24,505 nucleotides of DNA from Desulfobacteraceae bacterium (GCA_050123815.1 JASFGJ010000001.1:1-24505); one strand, 5' to 3'; positions 1 to 8,705 are shown, counted from the stretch's first letter. Program-made: numbers and translations. Notes: generated by a model from the sequence alone, not told the origin.

Positions 1-37
1 TCATAATTCAGTTAGCGCCGTTGTTGGGTTCCGTCCC

Positions 38-751
38 TCAACCCAACCTACGATTATTTGATTGGCCGGCCTGCTGTAGCGCCGGATCATATTTTTCAAT
101 GAACGCTTCGATGCTCCATCCACGAAAATCAGGCATCGCCTGAGTCAACTGTTCGTGCGACCAGTGCCACCAGCAGATCCGACCCAGGGCTTCCTGCACG
201 GCTTGCGGGAACCGCTGACGAATCGGTTGCGCCGGTACACCGACGACGATGGTGTAAGGGGCCACATCTTTGGTGACCACCGCACCGGCTCCCACAACGG
301 ACCCGTTTCCGATTTGAATCCCGGCCAGAATTGTGGCACCGTGGCCGATCCACACATCATGACCGATGGTTACCGGCTTGCTGCGGCGCCAGTTGAAAAC
401 TTCCGGATCATCCTCTCCCATACCGAATTGACGGCTGCGATAGGTAAAATGGTGCTGCGTCGCTCGCTGCATCGGGTGATTGCCGGGATTGATTCGGACC
501 ATGGCAGCGATTGAGCAGAATTTTCCGATTCGGGTGTAGATCACGTTGCCGTCATTGGTTATGTAGGAATAATCCCCAATGACAGTTTCCTGAATGACCG
601 TTCGGGCCCCCACTTCTGTGTATGCCCCCAACTGACTGCCGATGACTTTTGCATCCGGATGGATCCAGGGCAGAACCGATAACTGCTTGTGCTGTGGCGG
701 ACTGGTTGTTTGAATCGCTGGTTCAGTTTGCTGCATTCGATTTTCTTTCAT
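38..751 (-). CDS. Hexapeptide-repeat (left-handed beta-helix) acetyltransferase of the XAT/CatB-Vat-like type; phosphonate-cluster-associated family
   Basis: Contains IGKFCSIAAMVRINPGNHPM, VTIGHDVWIGHGATILAGIQIGNGSVVGAGAVVTKDVAPYTIVVGVPA and WWHW, the XAT signature. Lies 17 nt downstream of phnF on the same strand. Confidence 0.85.
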   Translation of the reverse strand: MKENRMQQTEPAIQTTSPPQHKQLSVLPWIHPDAKVIGSQLGAYTEVGARTVIQETVIGDYSYITNDGNVIYTRIGKFCSIAAMVRINPGNHPMQRATQHHFTYRSRQFGMGEDDPEVFNWRRSKPVTIGHDVWIGHGATILAGIQIGNGSVVGAGAVVTKDVAPYTIVVGVPAQPIRQRFPQAVQEALGRICWWHWSHEQLTQAMPDFRGWSIEAFIEKYDPALQQAGQSNNRRLG

Positions 752-768
752 CAGGTTTTAAACCACCA

Positions 769-1503
769 TCAGGGTTTGACCGATAACTGAATGGCATCCC
801 CACGAAATTGCGTCTCAACGTATTCCACCGGCAATCCGGTAATACGCTCGACATTTACGCTTCTGACGCTCAACACGGCAATACCTTCGGGCATGTTGAG
901 CAATCGCTGGTCGGGCCGGCTGGGCTGCGCCGCTCGGATCAGACTCGAGATCCGCTTGAGGCGCTTGCCGCACCGGTCGGAAATGAAGCGATGCAGCGAA
1001 CCGCCAGTGTAATTATCTAAAATGAAATCATATTCCGGACTTGGAAAAAAATGGGAACTGATGCAGAAAGGCGAGGTGTCTACAATGCGCATGCTTTGCA
1101 GGTAGGCTACTGGGGCACCTTGCGGAAGCGCGAGCTTCCGGGCCACCTTGCCACGCGCCACGCAGCAGCACTTATCCAAAACCCGACTAACGGTTCTGCG
1201 GCCCTGGGACTCCAGCGTCTCGGTAAACCGTGTTCCTCGATGAATCGTGTAGTCAACCGATACCTTCAATACTTTGACGCCTTTGCCGTGGATCCGGTCG
1301 ACCCATCCCGTTTTGATCAACTCCCCAACAGCGCGACGCACCGTGTGTCGATTGACCTGAAAACGCTTCGCCAGGGCTTGCTCCGCCGGCAGCATATCGC
1401 CAGTCATATAATACTTCTGAATTTCATCTATGAGGATGCGGCTGAGTTGACGGTATACCGGCCGGCCTCCGCTTCTGCGATCGATTGTTTGAATCTGCTG
1501 CAT
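769..1503 (-). CDS. phnF: GntR/HutC-family phosphonate regulator PhnF
   Basis: N-terminal wHTH (LPAEQALAKRFQVNRHTVRRAVGEL), a C-terminal UTRA-like domain, RBS GGAGAAGG, and divergent from phnG. Confidence 0.9.
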   Translation of the reverse strand: MQQIQTIDRRSGGRPVYRQLSRILIDEIQKYYMTGDMLPAEQALAKRFQVNRHTVRRAVGELIKTGWVDRIHGKGVKVLKVSVDYTIHRGTRFTETLESQGRRTVSRVLDKCCCVARGKVARKLALPQGAPVAYLQSMRIVDTSPFCISSHFFPSPEYDFILDNYTGGSLHRFISDRCGKRLKRISSLIRAAQPSRPDQRLLNMPEGIAVLSVRSVNVERITGLPVEYVETQFRGDAIQLSVKP

Positions 1504-1521
1504 AGACCTTCTCCATGTATC

Positions 1522-1529
1522 GTCTAGAC
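1522..1529. promoter_or_regulatory. Putative PhnF (HutC-subfamily) operator, palindrome GTCTAGAC
   Basis: Perfect palindrome matching the HutC-subfamily GTNTANAC consensus, 18 nt upstream of the phnF ATG. The motif is short, so a chance match is possible. Confidence 0.45.
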
Positions 1530-1641
1530 ATCTACATCTCTATGTGCTGATTGTTCGCATTGCATTAACATCAAGTTAAATTTTAATTGGCTTACAGGAC
1601 GAGGCCCAGCACAGTTTGCCAAAAAGAACTTCAAGGCGAAT

Positions 1642-1680
1642 CCAACCAAATTCTTGCATGATCTGCACTCTATCCTAACA
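1642..1680 (+). promoter_or_regulatory. Pho-box-like 11-bp periodic array upstream of phnG
   Basis: CCAACC(1642)/CTTGCA(1653)/TGCACT(1664)/CTAACA(1675), each 11 bp apart. A second pair, TTAACA(1565)/TTAAAT(1576), lies further upstream. Confidence 0.45.
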
Positions 1681-1703
1681 AAGCCGAATTAAGGTTCCAC
1701 GGT

Positions 1704-2156
1704 ATGAAAATTGGTGAAGAAATACTTAGAGACCGACTCGATCATATAAGGGAAATTCTACCTGAGATGAATGCGGAGGAGGTCAAGGCCCTGTCCGCAG
1801 CCCTGCCCATCAATCGCGTCAGAGTAATCCACGCACCCCATACCGGGTTGATTATGGCCAAGGTTCGGGATTGTTTCGATACCGAGTTTTTCCTCGGCGA
1901 AGTGCTGGTAACCAGAGCCGAAGTCGAATACGAAGGCCAACGCGGACAAGCGACGCTGATGGGGGATCTACCATCGGCCGCCCTGCTCGCTGCTGTTTTG
2001 GAAGCGTTGTGCCTCAACGGCGACGCGCACTATTTTGAATCGGCCCATTCCATCTGTCGGCCGGCCATGCAACGGTCTGCCGCACGCCGCAAACAGCAAT
2101 CGCGCCTTGTGGCCGCCACGCGGGTCAATTTTAAATCCATGGCAGTGGAGGCTTGA
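1704..2156 (+). CDS. phnG: C-P lyase core subunit PhnG
   Basis: PHTGLIMAKVRD and FFLGEVLVTRAEV motifs, C-terminal SRLVAATRVNF, 150 aa, first gene of the operon. Confidence 0.9.
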   Translation: MKIGEEILRDRLDHIREILPEMNAEEVKALSAALPINRVRVIHAPHTGLIMAKVRDCFDTEFFLGEVLVTRAEVEYEGQRGQATLMGDLPSAALLAAVLEALCLNGDAHYFESAHSICRPAMQRSAARRKQQSRLVAATRVNFKSMAVEA

Positions 2157-2158
2157 CG

Positions 2159-2737
2159 ATGGTGGGTCAAACGCAACCCGAAATGATGCAGGTTGTCTTT
2201 CGCCTGATGCTGAAAGCCATGAGCTACCCGGGACGTTGTTGCAGCGTCGCTGAAGGCGCGCCTGAAGCCCTTGGTCTGCTTGCTGCCGACTGTTTGATCG
2301 ATCACGAAGCCACGTTTGCCGCGATCGGATTCGAAACGTCGCAGCAGGCCGAACGTATCCAGCGCCGGACCGGATCGGTATGTGTTGAGCCGAATCAGGC
2401 CGACTTCCTTTTCATCAATGGCAATTGCAGTCAGGGACGCATCGAATCGGCCAAGCGCGGCACACCGGCCTATCCCGATGAAGGCGCCACTCTGGTCTAT
2501 CAACTGCCCACCGCGCAGCTGGGTGAGCTTGAGGCAAATCGGCTGGAGGCCGTTCGCATGACGGGTCCTGGAATCAAAGAGATGATCTCGCCCCCGGTTG
2601 ACAGTCTTGACCAAACGGAATACGCGCTGCTGCGCGACATCAATGCCGGCTATCCGTTGGGGGTCGACACATTTATCATGTGGGGTGCATCGCACGTCAT
2701 GGCGATCCCCCGCTCCACCCGTATCGATGTGAGTTAA
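2159..2737 (+). CDS. phnH: C-P lyase core subunit PhnH
   Basis: FRLMLKAMSYPG, GTPAYPDEGATL, MTGPGIK, YPLGVD and AIPRSTRI motifs. ATG 2159 was chosen because GGAGG lies 7 nt upstream; the track uses TTG 2153. Confidence 0.9.
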   Translation: MVGQTQPEMMQVVFRLMLKAMSYPGRCCSVAEGAPEALGLLAADCLIDHEATFAAIGFETSQQAERIQRRTGSVCVEPNQADFLFINGNCSQGRIESAKRGTPAYPDEGATLVYQLPTAQLGELEANRLEAVRMTGPGIKEMISPPVDSLDQTEYALLRDINAGYPLGVDTFIMWGASHVMAIPRSTRIDVS

Positions 2738-2741
2738 CGCC

Positions 2742-3842
2742 ATGGGTTATATTGCCGTCAAAGGCGGAACCGAAGCCATCTCCAACGCGGCGGCCTATCT
2801 GCGCTGGCTGCAGGCTAACGGCGAGAGCGATCCGCTGGCCGTTGAGCAGATTCAGGAACAACTCTATCTGGCCGTAGACCGGGTGATGGGTGAAGGCGCC
2901 CTCTATGCGCCGGCTCTGGCGGCGCTGGCACTCAAACAGTCGGCCGGCGACACACTGGAGGCGGCGTTCATGGTGCGGGCCTACCGCACAACCCAGCCCC
3001 GAATCGGTTACAGTCTGCCGGTCGATACCCGCCGCTTAAAGGTCATTCGACGCATCTCAGCGGCGTTTAAAGAGATCCCCGGAGGGCAAATCCTGGGCCC
3101 GACGCCCGATTACACCCTGCGCCTGCTCGATTTCAGCCTTGTGGGTGAGACCTCCGAGCAGCGACGCGACGCCCTGGCCGATCTGCTCCAGGATCTGCCG
3201 GAGGGCGAACCGGTACCCGACAATTTACCCAAAGTCATCGAAATACTGCGTCGTGAAAACCTGCTGGTCGAAGGCACTCGGACCGTTTCAAATAAACAGA
3301 GCCCCGACGATATCACGCGGCAATCGATCACCCTGCCCGCCAGTCGCAGCGCCTCGATGCAGGCCATGGCCATGGGGGAGACCGGCGGCCTGCTGGCCCT
3401 GGCATACTCCAACATGCGCGGGTACGGCATGGTCCACCCGACTGTCGGTGAGCTGCGCGTTGGCTATCTGCCGATTGAGATCGAAAACCCGTATCGCGGC
3501 GGTGCTGAAATTATCGGGAACGTCAAAGTTACCGAAGCTGAGGTTATCTGCAGTCTGGATAATGTCGAGGACAAAGGTCCCAAGTTTACGCTGGGCTACG
3601 GTCTGTGTTTCGGTCACAACGAAACCAAAGCCATCTCCATGGCCGTCTTAGACCGCGCCATGCAGTCCACGGAAGCCACCAGTGCCTCGGAAGACCAGGA
3701 GTTTGTCTTGATGCACATCGACGGTGTCGAGTCCATGGGCTTTTGCAACCATTTTAAACTTCCCCATTATGTGACATTCCAGTCGGCGCTGGATCGGCTG
3801 CGCAAATCCCGGGAGGAACATGAACGCGGATCAATGGATTGA
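2742..3842 (+). CDS. phnI: C-P lyase subunit PhnI (alpha-D-ribose 1-methylphosphonate 5-triphosphate synthase)
   Basis: MGYIAVKGG, IRRISAAFKEIPGGQILGPT, GHNETKAISMAVLDRA and HIDGVESMGFCNHFKLPHYVTFQS. Confidence 0.97.
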   Translation: MGYIAVKGGTEAISNAAAYLRWLQANGESDPLAVEQIQEQLYLAVDRVMGEGALYAPALAALALKQSAGDTLEAAFMVRAYRTTQPRIGYSLPVDTRRLKVIRRISAAFKEIPGGQILGPTPDYTLRLLDFSLVGETSEQRRDALADLLQDLPEGEPVPDNLPKVIEILRRENLLVEGTRTVSNKQSPDDITRQSITLPASRSASMQAMAMGETGGLLALAYSNMRGYGMVHPTVGELRVGYLPIEIENPYRGGAEIIGNVKVTEAEVICSLDNVEDKGPKFTLGYGLCFGHNETKAISMAVLDRAMQSTEATSASEDQEFVLMHIDGVESMGFCNHFKLPHYVTFQSALDRLRKSREEHERGSMD

Positions 3843-4704
3843 CGGCAACGGGGCACGCTCTGCCGCTCACTATAACTTTGCCTTTATCGATGAGGGCGCC
3901 AAACGGGAAATTCGACGCAAGGTCCTCAAGGCGGTCGCCATTCCGGGGTACCAGGCGCCTTTCGGATCGCGGGATATGCCGATCGCCCGCGGATGGGGGA
4001 CCGGCGGACTCCAGATCACGCTTGCCCTGATCGGACCGCAGGAGGTGCTCAAAGTCATCGACCAGGGCGCCGACGACAGTGTCAACGCCGTCAATATCAA
4101 ACGTTTTGTAAACCAGGTCACCGGTGTCCGCCTTACTGATTCAACTGCAGAGGCGACCCTGATTCAAACGCGTCATCGGATACCGGAAACGCTTCTGGCT
4201 GATGGACAAATATTGGTGCTGCAGGTACCGATACCCGAGCCGTTGCGCGATGTTGTGCCCTCGGAGCGGGAAACGCGGCGAATGCACGCCGAGGCCGATT
4301 ACGGACGCATGTGGCTGAGACTTTACGAGGACATCGTCAAGTACAAAGAGATCACCATCGGCGCCAGGTATCCGGCCATGGTCAACCGGCGGCACATCAT
4401 GGATCCCAGTCCGATTCCGCGCTGGGACAATCCAAAACTGCACATGGCCGACGGCCTCTATTTGTTCGGGGCCGGTCGCGAAAAACGAATATATGCCGTT
4501 CCTCCCCATACCGATGTGAAGTCACTCGAATTCGACGACTTCAAGTTCCGGGTGGAGTCATTCGACGGCAAGCGGTGCCGGTTGTGCGGCAGCACGGACA
4601 GTTTTCTGGATGAGCTGATCGACGATGCCGGCGGACAACGCCTCTATCAATGTTCAGATACGGCCTTTTGCCATCAACATCAAACCAAGGTCGACAGCCA
4701 ATGA
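3820..4704 (+). CDS. phnJ: C-P lyase PhnJ (radical-SAM / glycyl-radical catalytic subunit)
   Basis: AVAIPGYQ (the G32 equivalent), GWGTGG, KVIDQGADD, DPSPIPRWD, GAGREKRIYAVPP, CRLC...CSDTAFC. Overlaps the phnI end and has its own RBS GGAGG. Confidence 0.97.
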   Translation: MNADQWIDGNGARSAAHYNFAFIDEGAKREIRRKVLKAVAIPGYQAPFGSRDMPIARGWGTGGLQITLALIGPQEVLKVIDQGADDSVNAVNIKRFVNQVTGVRLTDSTAEATLIQTRHRIPETLLADGQILVLQVPIPEPLRDVVPSERETRRMHAEADYGRMWLRLYEDIVKYKEITIGARYPAMVNRRHIMDPSPIPRWDNPKLHMADGLYLFGAGREKRIYAVPPHTDVKSLEFDDFKFRVESFDGKRCRLCGSTDSFLDELIDDAGGQRLYQCSDTAFCHQHQTKVDSQ

Positions 4705-5567
4705 AAAAGATGTCCGGCCAGCCGCTTTTGTCGGTTCGTAACCTGGCCAAACACTACGGTCCAAGCTGTGATCAATGTCAGGCCCGGACCGGTCCGCAAA
4801 CCGATCGCAACGTGTGCCCCCGTTGCAATACGGTGGTCGCCTGCCAGCAGGTGACCCTCGATCTTTATCCCGGGGAGGTCATGGGCATCGTCGGCGAGAG
4901 CGGGTCCGGCAAAAGCACGGTTATCAAAGCGCTCTACTTCGATATCGAGCCGACGGCCGGCCAGATGTTTCTCAATCCCAACGGCCGGTCCGTGGACATC
5001 GACCTTGCCGACCGGAACTGCTTCGAACTCAGTCCGTTTCACAAGCGCCTGCTGCGCAACACCATGCTGGGCATCGTCTACCAGCACCCCCATCTGGGTT
5101 TGCGCATGAATATCAGCGCCGGGGGAAACATTGCCGAACGCCTGTTAATGGCTGACTGGCGAAGCGTGCAACAGATTCGGGACCGGGCCGGCAACCTGCT
5201 CGCCAAGACCGAAGTGCCCCTGGAACGCATGGACGATGCGCCGCGCCATTTTTCAGGCGGCATGCAGCAGCGGGTCCAAATTGCAAAAGCCCTGTGCAAT
5301 GAGCCGCTGTTGCTGCTGCTCGATGAAGTCACCACCGGTCTGGATGTATCGGTTCAGGCCCGGGTGCTCGATTTGATCCGCAGCCTTCAGGGGGAGCTCA
5401 ATCTGGCGACGATCGTGGTCTCCCATGACCTGGGCGTGATCCGCATGCTGACCACCCGCACCCTGGTGATGAAAAACGGTCAGATGGTCGAAACCGGCCT
5501 GACCGATCAGGTGCTCGAGGATCCCCAGCATGCCTATACCCAGCTGCTGGTCAGTTCGGCGTTGTAA
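4701..5567 (+). CDS. phnK: C-P lyase ABC-type ATPase PhnK with a Cys-rich N-terminal insertion
   Basis: Walker A GESGSGKS, FSGGMQQRVQIAKAL, LLLDEVTTGLDVSVQA, VSHDL, QVLEDPQHAYTQLLV. ATGA overlap with the phnJ stop supports start 4701. Confidence 0.94.
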   Translation: MKKMSGQPLLSVRNLAKHYGPSCDQCQARTGPQTDRNVCPRCNTVVACQQVTLDLYPGEVMGIVGESGSGKSTVIKALYFDIEPTAGQMFLNPNGRSVDIDLADRNCFELSPFHKRLLRNTMLGIVYQHPHLGLRMNISAGGNIAERLLMADWRSVQQIRDRAGNLLAKTEVPLERMDDAPRHFSGGMQQRVQIAKALCNEPLLLLLDEVTTGLDVSVQARVLDLIRSLQGELNLATIVVSHDLGVIRMLTTRTLVMKNGQMVETGLTDQVLEDPQHAYTQLLVSSAL

Positions 5568-5750
5568 AGGCGTAAAGATAATTCATTTGGACGGCGTTAT
5601 CGCCTCGTCGTGGTATGACAATACAGCTTGCTCCCGCTAGCCTTGCCAAATGAATTATCTTTACGCCTTTACAACACACCCGGATATCTGGTTGCCGTGC
5701 TGTTAAAACGACCTTGTTCATACTCGATGCTTAACTTCAAGGAGAAAAAA

Positions 5751-7643
5751 ATGGGTCTGTTGAAAGTTGAAAATCTCAGCAAATCCTTTATGTTGCACAC
5801 ACTCGGTAAAAAGACCATTCACGGGTTCTCCGATCTTACTTTCGAAATCTGCGAAGGACAAGTACTGGCGCTTTCAGGACCGAGCGGCACCGGAAAAAGC
5901 TCCGTGCTGAAATGCATCTACCGCACCTACCTGCCGTCAAAAGGCCGTATTTTGTACCGATCACTGGTGGGAGAAGAGCTCAATCTGGCGGCACTGCCCG
6001 AACATCGAATCATCCAGCTGCGGCGCAGCGAAATTGCTTTTGTATCCCAGTTCCTCAAAGTACTGCCCAGGGTGGCGGCGGCCGATGTCGTGGCCGAACC
6101 CCTGCTCCAGCAAGGCGCAAAGCGTGAGCCGGCCAGAAAGAGAGCCGAACAACTGCTCAGCCGCTTAAACATTGCCTCCCGGCTGCATGACGCCTATCCG
6201 GTGACCTTCAGTGGCGGCGAGCAGCAGCGGGTCAACATTGCCCGCGCCGTCATCGGCCGACCGCGTCTGCTGCTGCTGGACGAACCCACCGCTTCCCTGG
6301 ATGCGGATTCGGTTCAGATGGTGCTGGAGCTGCTGGATGAGCTTCGTCGGGGGGGTACCACCATGGTCATGATCTGCCATGACCAGGAAGTGGCGCGTCA
6401 AATCGCCGACGTCATTCTGCCCATGTCCTCGCATCTGCCTATGGTCAAGAGGGTCAGAGAGTCCATAAGCACTGCCAGGGGGGGAAGCCTGATCATCTCC
6501 AACGGCAATCTGGTGCTAAAAGATCGCATCGCCGAGCAGACGGATCTGTCTGTTGTCGATGGGAAAATTCGCAGCATCGGCATGATATCCGAACAAGACC
6601 GAAATCTGCCGCGCGTGGACGCTTCCGGGCTCTGGGTGATGCCCGGCTTTATCGATCTTCACAGCGATGCCATCGAAAAGGCCATTCAACCGAGACCCCG
6701 GGCCGAACTGCCCATTGAGATCGCCCTGACCGAGCTGGACAAGAACCTTGCGGCCTGCGGCATTACCACCATGCACCATTGCATCAGTTTCACAGGCAAA
6801 GAGGACAACCGGCTCCGATACTACGAACGTTCGGCCGAGTTGGTGCACAGCATCAAGCAGCTTGCCCCGGACATGCTGGTGCGCACCCGTGTGCATGCAC
6901 GCTACGAAATCCTCGAGACCGGCGCGATCCCGCTGCTTAATGAGCTGATGCAGCAGCGCCTGATCGATCTGCTCTCTTTGATGGATCACACCCCCGGCCA
7001 AGGGCAGTTCAGAAACAAAGCCTATCTTTACGAATATTACACCAAAGCGGCGCATCTGACCCGAAAGCAGGTCGACGATATGGTCAAGCGGCGGGTAGCG
7101 CTGCGGAGCAATTTCGACGACGGGCACGTCAGGGAACTGGTCCGGGAATCGCTTGCCCGACAGATCCCGGTGGCCAGCCATGACGACGACACCCGGGCAA
7201 AAGTGGCGTGGGTCCGCGATATGGGAGTCGGCATCAGTGAATTTCCGGTCACCATGGAAGCGGCGCGCACCGCCCACGACCTGGGCATGGGAGTTTTGAT
7301 GGGTGCACCCAACATCATCTTCGGACGTTCGCTGAGCGACAATTTGAGCGGCAGGGATGCCGTGTCCGCCCAATGCTGCAACCTGATTGGTTCCGACTAC
7401 AGCCCGAGCACCCTGCTCCATGCCGTCTTTCGCCTCGAACAGGAAGGGCTCGGCAACTTACCGGAATTGATCCGGATGATCAGCCACCAACCGGCCCAAT
7501 GCATCGGACAATCCGATCAACTCGGTTCGATCGACGAGGGCCTGTCAGCCGATCTGGTCATTGTGGACGGCACCGGCCGGGTTCCGCGGGTTAAGCAGAC
7601 GTTTGTGGCGGGAAATCAGGTCTATGCATCGAATTGGCCATAA
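5751..7643 (+). CDS. phnL-phnM: Fused PhnL (ABC-type ATPase) and PhnM (RPnTP diphosphatase, amidohydrolase fold), 630 aa
   Basis: aa 1 to about 225: GPSGTGKSS, IAFVSQFLKVLPRV, FSGGEQQRVNIAR, LLLLDEPTASLD. aa 247 onward: FIDLHSD, DHTPGQGQF, ASHDD, SEFP, MGAPN, SDY. No stop between them. RBS AAGGAG precedes ATG 5751. Confidence 0.93.
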   Translation: MGLLKVENLSKSFMLHTLGKKTIHGFSDLTFEICEGQVLALSGPSGTGKSSVLKCIYRTYLPSKGRILYRSLVGEELNLAALPEHRIIQLRRSEIAFVSQFLKVLPRVAAADVVAEPLLQQGAKREPARKRAEQLLSRLNIASRLHDAYPVTFSGGEQQRVNIARAVIGRPRLLLLDEPTASLDADSVQMVLELLDELRRGGTTMVMICHDQEVARQIADVILPMSSHLPMVKRVRESISTARGGSLIISNGNLVLKDRIAEQTDLSVVDGKIRSIGMISEQDRNLPRVDASGLWVMPGFIDLHSDAIEKAIQPRPRAELPIEIALTELDKNLAACGITTMHHCISFTGKEDNRLRYYERSAELVHSIKQLAPDMLVRTRVHARYEILETGAIPLLNELMQQRLIDLLSLMDHTPGQGQFRNKAYLYEYYTKAAHLTRKQVDDMVKRRVALRSNFDDGHVRELVRESLARQIPVASHDDDTRAKVAWVRDMGVGISEFPVTMEAARTAHDLGMGVLMGAPNIIFGRSLSDNLSGRDAVSAQCCNLIGSDYSPSTLLHAVFRLEQEGLGNLPELIRMISHQPAQCIGQSDQLGSIDEGLSADLVIVDGTGRVPRVKQTFVAGNQVYASNWP

Positions 7644-7713
7644 GGCTTTCTCTCTCGCCCAATCTCTGTGTTCGGGTGAGGCGTTTAATCCTCGAAATAC
7701 CGATAGTGGAAAA

Positions 7714-8616
7714 ATGACACTCTACGATGTGACCGAGCAGGTGAGCAAAAACGATGCTCCAGTGTGCCGGCAGGCGCAGGAACCCGATCTGGATGTGAAC
7801 GGCCTGCGCAAGGTGGCTGAACTGGCCGCCCAACGCGCCGGCAAAATTCAACGGCGCCATATCGGCAATCAGTCCTGCGCCATCCTCGAGAACAGATCCC
7901 GGGATCTGAAAATCGAAGTGGACCGCATGAGCGAGGCCGCCATATGCGATCTGATTCGCACCATATATCCGAACCACACCATAATTTCGGAAGAGAGCGG
8001 TCATGCCGCCGGTGATTCGCGCTATGTCTGGATTATCGATCCTCTGGACGGCACGCTAAACTACTACTTCGGGCTTCCGCTTTTCTGCGTTTGCGTGGCC
8101 TGTTATCGATTGCCGCACCACATACAACATGTCGGCCCCGGCGCCGGTTTCCGGTACCTGGCCCAGGCCGAACAACTTGTCGGTGTGGTGTATGCACCGC
8201 TGTTGTCACGCATGTACAGTGCCGCCGCCGGTTCAGGCGCAACCGTCAACAGCAGTCCCATCCCTCTACCCACAGAGAGCCGCGTAGAAGACGCCATGGT
8301 GGGTATCAGCTTCGGCAGCGACGACAGCGTTATCGAAAAAATGGAACGTCTCAACGCCCGTTTGGTGCGCCGCGTCAAGAAGGTGCGAATCTTCGGGTCT
8401 ACGGGGCTCGATCTGGCCCACGTGGCCATGGGGCACCTGTCGGCGCTGATCCAGCTAAATGTCCAGATCTGGGATATTGCCGCCGCCCTGGTCATTCTCA
8501 AAGAATCGGGTGTTATGTACGATGTCCGCCCTACCGCTCTCGGCGGTTGGCAATTCATCGCCGCCGCGCCGTCGGTTTTCCAACCATTGAAAGCGATCTT
8601 CGATGCCGCACAATGA
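7714..8616 (+). CDS. Inositol monophosphatase (IMPase/FBPase, SuhB-like) family metal-dependent phosphatase
   Basis: SEESG, WIIDPLDGTLNY (DPxDGT) and WDIAAA motifs. Start reassigned from track GTG 7561 (which overlaps phnM) to ATG 7714. Confidence 0.9.
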   Translation: MTLYDVTEQVSKNDAPVCRQAQEPDLDVNGLRKVAELAAQRAGKIQRRHIGNQSCAILENRSRDLKIEVDRMSEAAICDLIRTIYPNHTIISEESGHAAGDSRYVWIIDPLDGTLNYYFGLPLFCVCVACYRLPHHIQHVGPGAGFRYLAQAEQLVGVVYAPLLSRMYSAAAGSGATVNSSPIPLPTESRVEDAMVGISFGSDDSVIEKMERLNARLVRRVKKVRIFGSTGLDLAHVAMGHLSALIQLNVQIWDIAAALVILKESGVMYDVRPTALGGWQFIAAAPSVFQPLKAIFDAAQ

Positions 8617-8705
8617 GTCCCGTTACGACATGAGTGCAAGATTTTCCTGAGAATGTCGATGTTGGTGAATAATTGCCACCCCTTAAATCCTGGGTAATTT
8701 GACCC

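Noticed and set aside
1-4. Minus-strand ATG at 4-2, which could start the next gene of the phnF operon
   Set aside because: Only four bases are visible and there is no clear RBS, so it cannot be supported.
38-751. Chloramphenicol or streptogramin resistance gene (catB/vat)
   Set aside because: The fold is shared, but tight linkage to phnF fits the phosphonate-associated subfamily; resistance is unsupported.
5628-5750. Longer track starts for phnL-M (5628), and likewise phnK (4650) and the IMPase (7561)
   Set aside because: The extensions have no family similarity or overlap upstream genes; downstream ATGs have better RBS or translational coupling.
6478-6484. G7 run in the PhnL-PhnM linker as a sequencing error or slippage site creating a false fusion
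   Set aside because: Losing one G would end PhnL (ARGEA*), but PhnM would then have no start or RBS. The fused frame is the simpler reading, though reads should be checked.
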